Source: Chiloscyllium plagiosum (lineage: Eukaryota). From it: a DNA stretch of 32,562 nt. The notes beneath the pieces are model-generated. The model was not told where the DNA came from and made no database searches. It worked only from the letters and a program-made list of their open reading frames with translations. The stretch is from contig NC_057746.1 of the NCBI RefSeq assembly GCF_004010195.1, forward strand, positions 6,844,117-6,876,678, written 5' to 3'. Both the position numbers and the translations under genes were made by a program. Of the stretch, positions 8,893 to 20,740 are shown in pieces; position 1 is the first letter of the stretch, and the number at the start of each line of letters is the position of its first letter.

Positions 8893-11268
8893 ATACAACA
8901 CAGGACCCGTAAATAAACCCTAAAATACAGAGCCCCCCGTAAACAAACCCCAAAACACAGAAACTCCTATAAATGAACACTGAAACACACTGCCACCTGT
9001 AAATGAACCTGAAAACTCAGAGGTCTGCGAAAATGAAGCCTATACCACACATCCCCCCGTAAATAAACCCCAAAACATAGGAACCCCTGTAAATAAACAC
9101 AGGGCCCCCTGGAAATAAGCCCTAAAACACAGAGCTCCCTGTAAATAGACCCTAAAACACAGAGGTCCCTATCAATAAATCCTAAAACACAGGGCCGCCT
9201 GTAAATAAACTCTCAAACACACAGCCCACTGTAAATAAACCCTAAAATGCAGCGTTCCCTGTAAATAAACCCTAAAACACAGAGCCCCCTGTAAGTGTAC
9301 GCTAAAACACAGAGCCCCTGTAAAAATACCCCAAAATACAGAGCTCGCTGAAAATAAATCCTAAAACACAGAAACCCCTGTAAATGAACACTGAAACACA
9401 CTGCCCTCTGTAAATAAACCCTAAAACACTGGGTCCCCAGCAAATAAAACCTAAAACACACAGCTCCGTGTAAATAAACCCTAAAACACAGGGCCCCCTG
9501 TAAATAATCCCTAAAACACTGGGCCCCCTGTAAATAAACCCTAAAACACAGAGCCCCCTGTAAATAAACCCTAAAACACACAGCTCCATGTAAATAAACC
9601 TTAAAACACAGGACTCCCTGTAAGTAATTCCTAAAACACAGAGCCCCCTGTAAATAAACCCTAAAACACAGAGACCCCCGTAAATAAACCCTAAAACATA
9701 CAGCTCCATGTAAATAAACCCCAAAACACAGGGCCCCACGTAAATAAACCCTAAAACACAGGACTCCCTGTAAATAAACCCTAAAACACAGAGCCCCCCG
9801 TAAATAAACCCCAAAACACAGGGCCCCACGTAAATAAACCCTAAAACACAGGGTTCCCTGTAAATAAACCCTATAACACAGGGCCCCCTGTAAATAAACC
9901 CTAAAACACACAGCTTTGTGTAAATAAACCCTAAAACACAGAGAAAGTGAGGACTGCAGATGCTGGAGATCAGAGCTGAAAATGTGATGCTGGAAAAGCG
10001 CAGCAGGTCAGGCAGCATCCAAGGAGCAGAAGAATCGACGTTTGGGGCATGAGCCCTTCTTCAGGAAAGAAGGGCTCATGCCCCAAACGTCAATTCTCCT
10101 GCTCCTTGGATGCTGCCTTACCTGCTGCGCTTTTCCAGCAACACATTTTCAGCTAAAACACAGATACCCCAGTAAATAAACCCTAAAACACACAGCTCCA
10201 TGTAAATAACCCATAAAACACTGAACTACCATAAATAATCACTAAAACACAGCGACCCCTGTAAATCAACTCTAAAACACAGAGACCCCTGTAAATGAAC
10301 CCTAAAACACACTTCCTCCTGTAAATAAACCCTAAAACGCAGAGCTCCCTGTAAATTAACCCTAAAACACAGAGTTCCCTGTAAATAAACCCAAAAACAC
10401 AGGGCCCCCTGTAAATAAACCCTAAAAGACACAGCCCCTTGTAAATAATCCCTAAAACACAGAGACCGCTGTAAATAAACCCTAAAACACAGAGCTCCCT
10501 GTAAATAAAGCCTAAAACACAGAGTCCCTTGTAAATAAACCCTAAAACACAGTTCCCTATAAATAAACCCTAAAACACAGAGCCGCCTGTTTCACACAGA
10601 GCCCCCGTATATAAACCCTAAACCACAGAGAACCCTATAAATAAACCCTAAAACACAGAGCCGCCTGTTTCACACAGAGCCCCCGTATATAAACCCTAAA
10701 CCACAGAGAACCCTATAAATAAACCCTAAAACACAGAGCCGCCTGTTTCACACAGAGCCCCCGTATATAAACCCTAAACCACAGAGAACCCTATAAATAA
10801 ACCCTAAAACACAGGGCGCTCTGTAAATAAACTCTAAAACACAGAACCTCTCTAAATGAACACTAAAACACACTGCCCCCTGTAAATTAACCCTAAAAAA
10901 CAGAGCTCCCTGTAAATAAACCCTAAAACACAGAGCCCCCTGTAAATAAACCCTAAAACACAGAGCCCCCTGTAAATAAACCCAAAAACACAGAACCCCC
11001 TGTAAATGAACCCTAAAATACATTGACCCCTGTGAATGAACCCAAAAACACAGAGCCACCTGTAAATAAACCCTAAAACACAGAGCCCCCTGTAAATAAA
11101 CCCTAAAACACACAGCCCCCTGTAAATAAACCCCAAAACACAGGGCCCCCTGTAAATAAACCCCAAAACACAGGGCCCCCTGTAAATAAACCCTAAAACA
11201 CAGCGTACACTGTAAATAAACCCTAAAACACAGAGCCCCCTGTAAATAAACCCCAAAACACAGGGTTC
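8893..11268. repeat. 30-bp minisatellite, ~70 copies, containing AAACCCTAAA; interrupted by a hairpin PLE
   Basis: Consensus gtaaataaaccctaaaacacagagccccct; 78-bp higher-order unit x3 at ~10559-10795. Confidence 0.97.
9942..10154. mobile_element. Non-autonomous PLE-derived hairpin element (inverted pLTRs, 88-bp arms)
   Basis: 9974-10061 is the near-perfect reverse complement of 10067-10154, with a 5-nt loop (cagga); preceded by the gaaagtgaggactgcagatgctggaga terminus also seen at 31963-31989. Confidence 0.9.
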
Positions 11269-11287
11269 TGGCATTTACCTAATAATC

Positions 11288-11488
11288 AAAACGTGCAACT
11301 CCATTCTGAGAGATGAAAGACTGAACAGCAATCTAGGTTTGTTCAATACATCACATCAGTTGTATGACACTTTGACCTTTTATGATAAATTCTGTGTCGG
11401 ATCCTGCCCCACTAGCCACGTGATGAAGGAGCAGCGCTCTGAAAGCTAGTGCTTCCCAATGAGCCTGTTGGACTATAATCTGGTGTTA
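11288..11488 (+). mobile_element. PLE family B terminal fragment with hammerhead motif (11417-11451)
   Basis: cac-gTGATGA-a-ggagc-agc-gctct-GAAA-GCTA-gtg, followed by cctgttggactataatctggtgtt, which is shared with 18970-19000 and inverted at 12597-12628. Confidence 0.7.
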
Positions 11489-12554
11489 TCTTTTTCTGGA
11501 ATAATAGGGAGCGAGTCAAATCTTGTTTCTTGACGTGTTGCAGCGCTGACTTTACACCCGCGGATAATATAAATAAGTGTTCTCGGGAAGCACACAAGGG
11601 CCAGCAGCTCCTCACAGAGATCAGCTCTGTACAAAGCGTCAGTCTGGGAGTCAGTGAATGACTGAAGAGATTCTGTTCCGATTTCCAATAAAATCGGATT
11701 AGACCACAAGAGGGAGCCAGAGACCAGCAATCAAACCAGCCCGAAGGGATTGAATAAATCTTCTGTCTGAACAAGTGCAGTGATTCTGTCAGCCACTGGG
11801 GACATACAAGCACTGGGTTATAGTTATAACTAACTAGTTAAACCATTTAATGTACCTACAGATCATTATTGACCGATCGTTGTAAACTTGTTAAATAAAG
11901 CATGATAAAGGTGACAGCTAAGTTGCTGGTCTGAACTGGAGTCTGAACATTACAGGCATCAGGGAGATGTAACGTCAGCTGGATATTTTGTTCCAGACAG
12001 GAGTCACACCCCTGAAGCTTCATATGTTGAATTTGGACTGTGGTCAGAGACAGGAGGATGTGACTTGGTGATGCAGAAGCAAATCTCTGCTTTTAAATGG
12101 CCCAAAGCTCTGAAATACTCTCCCTAAACATCTCTGTGTGCCTTTCTCCTTTTGGATGGTCAGTGTCACATTTTGGTTCATAAATCTGCTGTGAAGCATT
12201 TAGAGACATTTCATTGTGTTCAAAGAAAAGCTGTAAATGTAAGTTATTACATTTATGTGAGATGTGACTAATATGCAGATAAGTAGAAATATTTAGAGAT
12301 CCAGATGCAGAAAAGATAGCATCAGGTCCAAATGAAAATGAGAAATCTGAATGGAATGGCCTTTATTTTGGGGACTCCAACCGATGAGCTCCCAAGATCC
12401 CATTGTAACCTGAACTCACTGTCCTGCCTGTCCCGATGACCAGCGAGTCCTGTGTTGATCAAACCTCAAATTCTGCCTTGAATTTATTCAATTCCCCAGC
12501 CCTTCGGCTGCAGGAAAGAATTGCACTGAGCACAGACACTGTGAAAGGCTTGAT

Positions 12555-14063
12555 GTGGAGGTGCCGGTGTTAGAGTGGGGTGGACAAAGTGAACAATCAC
12601 ACAACACCAGGTTATAGTCCACCAGGATTATTTGAAACCACAAGCTTTTGGACACCCCACTCCATCCTCAAGCAGCTCGAGAGAGAGAGAGAGAGAATAC
12701 AACAGACACAGAATTTACCGTAAAACATCAAAAGGGTCATACAACTTACACAAACATACTGAACAAACCAAGGTAGTTATTAAATCTTTGATCAGTTAGA
12801 ATGGAGATGCAGGTTTCGATTGGTTAATATGTAAATCCCTGCACCAAGATAACTTCAGGTTTTACCAGAATAAAAGTCTGATAAAGGTTGTGGTACCAAA
12901 CTAACCTGTTGGATTACCACCCGGTGTTGTGTGATATTTATCAGAAAGAAGGTGACGCCTCAAGTCAGACAACGTATTTTAGCTGTGAGGCCTTGTTTTT
13001 GTGTCTTATCCTGGAGTCAGACTGGTTTTATTTCCAAAGTAGGAATTTATAAAACTCCACATTGACCGACTGCCAACAGATTGTGTGTTTTTTGAACAAA
13101 ATAGAATGTATCTGTGAATTCAAATTGGCAATTGCAAATTCACCCCCACAGTTAGATGTGTGCGTGTCTGTGAGGGAGAGGGAGAGAGTGCGCGGGGGTG
13201 TGTGTAGGTGCACGTGCTCTTGAGAGAGTATGTGTGTGTACTTGTGAGGGGGAATATATGTGTAAGAGCATGTGTGTGAGTATGGGTGTGCTTGAGACAG
13301 TGCCTGCACAAGTGTGAGGGAGTATGTGCCTGTGAGAGAGTGAGTGCAAGTGTGCATGTGTGAGAGAAGGTCTGTGTGAGTGTGTTGTGTGAGAGAGTGA
13401 GTGAGATGAAGTATATGCATGTGAGAGTGTATATGTGTGAGAGTGAGAGAGAGAGANNNNNNNNNNNNNNNNNNNNNNNNNNNNNNNNNNNNNNNNNNNN
13501 NNNNNNNNNNNNNNNNNNNNNNNNNNNNNNNNNNNNNNNNNNNNNNNNNNNNNNNNNNNNNNNNNNNNNNNNNNNNNNNNNNNNNNNNNNNNNNNNNNNN
13601 NNNNNNNNNNNNNNNNNNNNNNNNNNNNNNNNNNNNNNNNNNNNNNNNNNNNNNNNNNNNNNNNNNNNNNNNNNNNNNNNNNNNNNNNNNNNNNNNNNNN
13701 NNNNNNNNNNNNNNNNNNNNNNNNNNNNNNNNNNNNNNNNNNNNNNNNNNNNNNNNNNNNNNNNNNNNNNNNNNNNNNNNNNNNNNNTGTGTGTGTGTGA
13801 GTGTGAGAGAGAGAGAGAAAGTGTGCTTGTGTGAGTGGGTGTGTGTGTAGGAGTATCTGTGTGTGTGTATAGTGCAATGGTGCTCAGCTGTAATGTGACA
13901 TGAACCCAAGGTCCTGGTTGAGGCCCCTCCCTATGGGTACCGAACTTAGCTATCAGCCTCTGCTTGGTCACTTTTCGCTGCTGCCTGTCCTGAAGTCCAC
14001 CTTGGAGGATGGTCACCCGAAGGTCCGAGGTCGAATGTCCTGGACCACTGAAGTGGGAGGGAA
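12555..14063 (-). mobile_element. Penelope-like element (family B), 3' part: GIY-YIG C-terminus, CA/CT-rich UTR and pLTR
   Basis: Minus peptide HFSGPGHSTSDLRVTILQGGLQDRQQRKVTKQRLIAKFGTHREG resembles a PLE endonuclease C-terminus; (TG)n/(GA)n tract at 13156-13870; terminal cacacaacaccaggttatagtcca at 12597-12622 with an inverted copy near 12905-12935. Confidence 0.75.
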
Positions 14064-14069
14064 CACTCC

Positions 14070-14700
14070 TGTCTGGTGATTGTTGGGGAAAGGCAAACGC
14101 CTTCCCAGCTCCACCTTCAATAGAAGAACCTCCGAGTATTAAAGAAAGATACATGATGCTAGTCTGGTACAGGGAAGCATCCTCTCAGAATCCCTCCCAG
14201 TCACACTTCCTCAGGATGTTACAACAAGGTCACCTCTCATTCCTTTAACGTTTAATGAATAAACACACGACCTGCTCAATTATCCTTCATGAAATAAAAG
14301 TATAGTGATATCGTACTCTCTGTCTTCAGTAAAAGATCTGCAGGGTTGCAGCAGGATTTCCCCACCACTCAGCACTATTTGTGAGCACTAAATACCTGCA
14401 CTTATGGTGCACCAGCTTTATGTAGCTCAGGGACCAGGATACACAGACCCCTCTGGATGATTGAATTCTGTGATCCCTCACTTCATTCGATTCAGTCCAT
14501 GATGCCAAACCAGAAAGTTCATATTGTCGCACATCACACTGCGCCTGAACCACATCTGTCCACTCAGCAAACCCATCCATACCCAACCAGACAGTCTTCA
14601 GGTCACTGCCTACTGGGCAAAAGTTGGAGTGATCAGCAAACGTCGCTATCCCATCCATTTGCTTCCTGCAAGTGGATTGTGAAATCTTCAACACCCTGCA
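14070..14700 (-). mobile_element. Ancient CR1/L2-type LINE RT fragment
   Basis: Minus translation GSVQG..FTIHL...IATFADHSN...EWTDVVQAQCDVRQYEL parallels CR1 RT 'GSVLGPLLFTIYINDL...ISKFADDTK...EWAKKWQMEYNVEKCEV'. Confidence 0.65.
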
Positions 14701-17700
14701 CTGATCCCTGTCTCACTCCATTAGTTACATTGTAAATCACTGAGACCCCAGCACTGATCCCTGTCTCACTCCATTAGTTACATTGTAAATCACTGAGACC
14801 CCAGCACTAATCCCTCTCTCACTCCATTAGTTACATTGTAAATCACTGAGACCCCAGCACTGATCCCTGTCTCACCATATTAGTTACATTGTAAATCACT
14901 GAGACCCCAGCACTGATTCCTGTCTCTCTCCATTAGTTACATTGTCAATCACTGAGACCCCTGCACTGATCCCTGTCTCACACCATTAGTGACATTGTAA
15001 ATCACTGAGACCCCAGCACTGATCCCTGTCTCACTCCATTAGTTACATTGTAAATCACTGAGACCCCAGCACTGATCCCTGTCTCACTCCATTAGTTACA
15101 TTGTAAATCACTGAGACCCCAGCACTGATCCCTGTCTCTCTCCATTAGTTACATTGTCAATCACTGAGACCCCAGCACTGATCCCTGTCTCACTCCATTA
15201 GTTACATTGTAAATCACTGAGACCCCAGCACTGATCCCTGTCTCACTCCATTAGTTACATTGTAAATCACTGAGACCCCAGCACTGATCCCTGTCTCACT
15301 CCATTAGTTACATTGTAAATCACTGAGACCCCAGCACTGACCACTGTCTCACTCCATTAGTTACATTGTAAATCACTGAGACCCCAGCACTGACCACTGT
15401 CTCACTCCATTAGTTACATTGTAAATCACTGAGACCCCAGCACTGACCACTGTCTCACTCCATTAGTTACATTGTAAATCACTGAGACCCCAGCACTGAC
15501 CACTGTCTCACTCCATTAGTTACATTGTAAATCACTGAGACCCCAGCACTGACCACTGTCTCACTCCATTAGTTACATTGTAAATCACTGAGACCCCAGC
15601 ACTGACCACTGTCTCACTCCATTAGTTACATTGTAAATCACTGAGACCCCAGCACTGACCCCTCTCTCACTCCATTAGTTACATTGTAAATCACTGAGAC
15701 CCCAGCACTGACCCCTCTCTCACTCCATTAGTTACATTGTAAATCACTGAGACCCCAGCACTGACCCCTCTCTCACTCCATTAGTTACATTGTAAATCAC
15801 TGAGACCCCAGCACTGACCCCTCTCTCACTCCATTAGTTACATTGTAAATCACTGAGACCCCAGCACTGACCCCTCTCTCACTCCATTAGTTACATTGTA
15901 AATCACTGAGACCCCAGCACTGACCACTGTCTCACTCCATTAGTTACATTGTAAATCACTGAGACCCCAGCACTGACCACTGTCTCACTCCATTAGTTAC
16001 ATTGTAAATCACTGAGACCCCAGCACTGACCACTGTCTCACTCCATTAGTTACATTGTAAATCACTGAGACCCCAGCACTGACCACTGTCTCACTCCATT
16101 AGTTACATTGTAAATCACTGAGACCCCAGCACTGACCACTGTCTCACTCCATTAGTTACATTGTAAATCACTGAGACCCCAGCACTGACCACTGTCTCAC
16201 TCCATTAGTTACATTGTAAATCACTGAGACCCCAGCACTGACCACTGTCTCACTCCATTAGTTACATTGTAAATCACTGAGACCCCAGCACTGACCACTG
16301 TCTCACTCCATTAGTTACATTGTAAATCACTGAGACCCCAGCACTGACCACTGTCTCACTCCATTAGTTACATTGTAAATCACTGAGACCCCAGCACTGA
16401 CCACTGTCTCACTCCATTAGTTACATTGTAAATCACTGAGACCCCAGCACTGACCACTGTCTCACTCCATTAGTTACATTGTAAATCACTGAGACCCCAG
16501 CACTGACCACTGTCTCACTCCATTAGTTACATTGTAAATCACTGAGACCCCAGCACTGACCACTGTCTCACTCCATTAGTTACATTGTAAATCACTGAGA
16601 CCCCAGCACTGACCACTGTCTCACTCCATTAGTTACATTGTAAATCACTGAGACCCCAGCACTGACCACTGTCTCACTCCATTAGTTACATTGTAAATCA
16701 CTGAGACCCCAGCACTGACCACTGTCTCACTCCATTAGTTACATTGTAAATCACTGAGACCCCAGCACTGACCACTGTCTCACTCCATTAGTTACATTGT
16801 AAATCACTGAGACCCCAGCACTGACCACTGTCTCACTCCATTAGTTACATTGTAAATCACTGAGACCCCAGCACTGACCACTGTCTCACTCCATTAGTTA
16901 CATTGTAAATCACTGAGACCCCAGCACTGACCACTGTCTCACTCCATTAGTTACATTGTAAATCACTGAGACCCCAGCACTGACCACTGTCTCACTCCAT
17001 TAGTTACATTGTAAATCACTGAGACCCCAGCACTGACCACTGTCTCACTCCATTAGTTACATTGTAAATCACTGAGACCCCAGCACTGACCACTGTCTCA
17101 CTCCATTAGTTACATTGTAAATCACTGAGACCCCAGCACTGACCACTGTCTCACTCCATTAGTTACATTGTAAATCACTGAGACCCCAGCACTGACCACT
17201 GTCTCACTCCATTAGTTACATTGTAAATCACTGAGACCCCAGCACTGACCACTGTCTCACTCCATTAGTTACATTGTAAATCACTGAGACCCCAGCACTG
17301 ACCACTGTCTCACTCCATTAGTTACATTGTAAATCACTGAGACCCCAGCACTGACCACTGTCTCACTCCATTAGTTACATTGTAAATCACTGAGACCCCA
17401 GCACTGACCACTGTCTCACTCCATTAGTTACATTGTAAATCACTGAGACCCCAGCACTGACCACTGTCTCACTCCATTAGTTACATTGTAAATCACTGAG
17501 ACCCCAGCACTGACCACTGTCTCACTCCATTAGTTACATTGTAAATCACTGAGACCCCAGCACTGACCACTGTCTCACTCCATTAGTTACATTGTAAATC
17601 ACTGAGACCCCAGCACTGACCACTGTCTCACTCCATTAGTTACATTGTAAATCACTGAGACCCCAGCACTGACCACTGTCTCACTCCATTAGTTACATTG

Positions 17701-17717
17701 TAAATCACTGAGACCCC
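14694..17717. repeat. 53-bp minisatellite, ~57 copies, derived from the LINE RT motif
   Basis: Unit ccccagcactga(tccc/ccac)tgtctcactccattagttacattgtaaatcactgaga; its reverse complement encodes SVIYNVTNGVRQGSVLG. Confidence 0.97.
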
Positions 17718-18150
17718 GGGGAGGAGGTGGGGTGAGGAGATGGGGGGATAGAGCTGAGGGGGAGAGGAGGTGGGGGGAGGACTGATGGGAGGAGAGGAGG
17801 TGAGGGGGGAGGGGAAATGGTGGTTGGAGGCTGAAGGAGAGAGGAGGTAGGGGGAGGGTTAGGGGAAGGGAGAGAGGAGGAGGTACGGGAGGACTGGGGT
17901 AGCGAGTGGTGGTCTCCAAGAGCAGGAACCCGGCTGCTGTCAGACAGGTCGAGCCAGCTGTGGAGACTGCATTCCCAGTATCAGCTCTTTGCAGTGAGGA
18001 GGTAGGGGGAGAGTCAGGGGAAGGGAGAGAGGAGGAGGTACGGGAGGACTGGGGTAGCGAGTGGTGGTCTCCAAGAGCAGGAACCCGGCTGCTGTCAGAC
18101 AGGTCGAGCCAGCTGTGGAGACTGCATTCCCAGTATCAGCTCTTTGCAGT
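17718..18150. repeat. G/A-rich tract and a 155-bp tandem duplication
   Basis: ggggaagggagagaggaggaggtacgggaggact...cagctctttgcagt at ~17862-17995 is repeated at ~18017-18150. Confidence 0.9.
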
Positions 18151-18911
18151 TCCCAATCCCCTACCTTTGGGATTCCCTGAGGTAAACTACCCTCCTCACA
18201 GCTCATAATCCTTCCTAGCGTCGTGCTTTTGCCTTGTATCCCAGGTTTATGTCACTATATGTTGGAAAACCACGGGCATGCGAGCAGCTCCCATTTTACT
18301 CCCTGCCCCATCAGTGGCTGCATCTTCAGGAGCCAAAGGCCCAGTCTGGGGAATTCCTTCCCCAAACCTCTCCGTCTCACCAGCTCACCTTCCTCCTTTC
18401 AGACCCTCCATTCACTACCCTCTCTGACCTGTTTTGGCCACCTGACTGAATACCTCCCTGTGCCAGAGTTTATTTTATAACAATCCTGAGAGGAACTTAC
18501 AACAACAGGTTTCAGAGCCAGAGGAACTGCTCCCAGGAAACCAGGAAACAGCTTCTCACACAAAAGGGGAGTGAAAATCCAGAATGTTCTCCCCATAAAG
18601 CTGTAGCTATTGGGGGATAATTGCAGCTTGTAATACAAGGAGAAGAGTGGCTTTTACCAGAACAAGATAATGTGTACTCTGAATCCAAACTGAAAGTTTA
18701 CTGGAAATCCTCAGCAGCTTTCAGTGTCTTTTAAATGAAACAGAATTTGTGTTTCTGGGCAATGATCAGTGAGCAGGTTATTAACTTTGGCTAGAATCTA
18801 ATTGGGCAAAAGCACTACAGACCTCAGACCCCAGAATATCTGTCCGTCTCTCTCTCTCTCTCCCTCTCCCTCTCCAGCCTCCTTTCCCTTACTGTCAGAT
18901 AAACATACTGT

Positions 18912-19040
18912 ATCTCCTTCACCTGGTGAAGGAGCGTCGCTCCGAAAGCTAATGTACTTCCAATTAAACCTGTTGGACTATAACCTGGTGTTGTGTGATT
19001 TTTAACTTTGTACACCCCAGTCCAACACTGGCAACTCCAA
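18912..19040 (+). mobile_element. PLE family B pLTR with hammerhead motif (18920-18954)
   Basis: cac-CTGgTGA-a-ggagcg-t-cgctcc-GAAA-GCTA, then aaacctgttggactataacctggtgttgtgtgatttttaactttgtacaccccagtccaacac. Confidence 0.75.
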
Positions 19041-19442
19041 ATCAATACTGTATCTCTGTCTCTCACTCCATGTTTAATAGCCTCAGCATTAGACCCACAC
19101 ACCACCTTTGTCCCTAACTCCAATGTTTAGCTTCAGCCCTCCCACTCTCAGATTCTTACAACTCTCCTTTGTCTGTCCATCCAGCTCTATCACCCTCACC
19201 CTTGAACACTCGCACCATCTCTCTGTCTCTCCAGCCTTGTGTTCTTCATCTNNNNNNNNNNNNNNNNNNNNNNNNNNNNNNNNNNNNNNNNNNNNNNNNN
19301 NNNNNNNNNNNNNNNNNNNNNNNNNNNNNNNNNNNNNNNNNNNNNNNNNNNNNNNNNNNNNNNNNNNNNNNNNNNNNNNNNNNNNNNNNNNNNNNNNNNN
19401 NNNNAGGCTCTGTCTCTCTTCTCTCTGTCTAATGTCCCTCAC

Positions 19443-19547
19443 CTTCAGTCCCTCCTCTGCCACCACCATTTTTGTCATCCATTCCAATTCAGGATCCCGC
19501 CTGGCAGTGAGACCCTCTCTGACCCCATTCCTCACCAGAAGAGACCC
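19443..19547 (-). CDS. Candidate 105-nt phase 0-0 exon, unknown gene (GSLLVRNGVREGLTARRDPELEWMTKMVVAEEGLK)
   Basis: Acceptor tcttcggttctgtgtgcAG|, donor AAG|GTGAGG, length divisible by 3, only one frame open. Confidence 0.4.
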
Positions 19548-19594
19548 CTGCACACAGAACCGAAGACAGTATTTGCCTTGTGTTGAGTCAAAGC

Positions 19595-19800
19595 CAGGAT
19601 TCCCTGGAAAGGCTCAGCAGGTTAGGCAGCATCTGTGAACAGAAATCCAAGTTAACATTTCAAGACCAGAGACCCTTCCTCAGTTCTGAAGAAACGTTGA
19701 TATCTCTTCACAGACGCTGCCAGACCTGCTGAGCTTTTTCAGCAACTTCTATTTTTGTTTCTGATTTACAGCATCTGCAGGTCTTTCAGATTTTATTTAG
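19595..19800. mobile_element. Older inverted-arm PLE-like element
   Basis: ctggaaaggctcagcaggttaggcagcatctgtgaa ... ttcacagacgctgccagacctgctgagctttttcag form imperfect inverted arms; a related remnant lies at ~31270-31410. Confidence 0.6.
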
Positions 19801-20074
19801 TTTGCTGCTGCTTCCTTTGAGTGACTGTGATGAGGAGCCTGGGAGAAACCCTTTCCTGAGGTCATAGCTACCTGCTGTAATCATGACTGGCCCTGTCTCT
19901 GCTGCACTGTGTCCCTGTCATCAGTCTTTGTGCATGTTCCCCCAAGCTGATTGTATTGGACTCAGGACTCCATCAGTTCATTGTGAATTAGTGTCCAGAA
20001 CCAAACTAGAATTATCGCAGCCCGTGAGTCAGTTATGCCACTTCAAGCGTTGGTTGAAGTAATGTTTAACGGTT

Positions 20075-20740
20075 GTGAGGATTCCTGTCTCAGCTACCCT
20101 CCCAGGCAGTGCATTCTCGATTCCTACCTCTCTCTGAGTTTCCTCCAAACCCCTCTAAACCTCCGGCCTTTCACTTTAAAATTCTGGCCCCTTGCTATTA
20201 GTCTTTCGACTTGGGGAACAGCTGTTTTCTATCCCCCTTGGCCATGCCCCTCATAATCTTCTCCAGCTTGACCAGATCCTCCGTCAGCCTTCTCTGCTCC
20301 ATACAATATAACCCCCTGAGCTTATCTAGCCTCTCTTCATCACTAAACTGCGTCATCCCAGGCAACATCCTGGTGAATCTCCTCCATATCCCTCCTCAGT
20401 GCAATCACATCCTTCTGACAGTGAAGTGACTGAATCTGCGCACAGTACTCCAGCTGCTGTCTCACCAAAGTCCTGAACAACTCCAAACTAACATCCTTGC
20501 TCTTATAATCTATGCCTCAACTGATAAAGGGAAGCATCCCATATGCCTCTTTAACTACACTATTAATTCCGCCCTGACACCTTCAGGGATCTGTAGACAA
20601 GATCCCAAGATCCCTCTGTTCCTCTGAGCTTCCTGTGTCCTGCCATTCACTAAGTATTCCCTCGTCTTGTTCCTCCTTCCAAAGTACCATCACCTCGCAT
20701 TTATCAGGGTTCAACTCCATCTGCCACTGATCTGCCCATC
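20075..20740 (-). mobile_element. CR1 LINE ORF2 3' fragment (decayed)
   Basis: Parallels the CR1 copies at 30170-30750 and 23340-23720 (ccaggcaacatcctggtgaatctcctc, gcacagtactccagctg, ccaaagtaccatcacctcgcatttatcagggttcaactccatctgccac). Confidence 0.75.

Noticed and set aside
9213-11274. Long ORFs with 10-aa repeats (ALCFRVYLQG / LCVLGFIYRG) as real proteins
   Set aside because: A by-product of a 30-bp unit; overlapping frames are both open, and the array is broken by indels and a TE insertion.
11412-11813. 133-aa and 85-aa minus ORFs
   Set aside because: No ATG start or convincing splice sites, no recognisable motif, and they run into a PLE terminus.
13156-13870. His/Thr-rich ORFs
   Set aside because: These are translations of degenerate (CA)n/(CT)n sequence within a PLE UTR.
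14326-14694. 122-aa minus ORF as a host gene exon
   Set aside because: It aligns by motif to decayed LINE RT (FADD-like region).
14694-17717. CRISPR-like array
   Set aside because: Units are head-to-tail with no unique spacers, there are no cas genes, and the context is eukaryotic.
18501-18606. Minus-strand exon with a GTAAGT donor
   Set aside because: It overlaps what appears to be a decayed CR1 3' region, and the splice-like signals could be chance.
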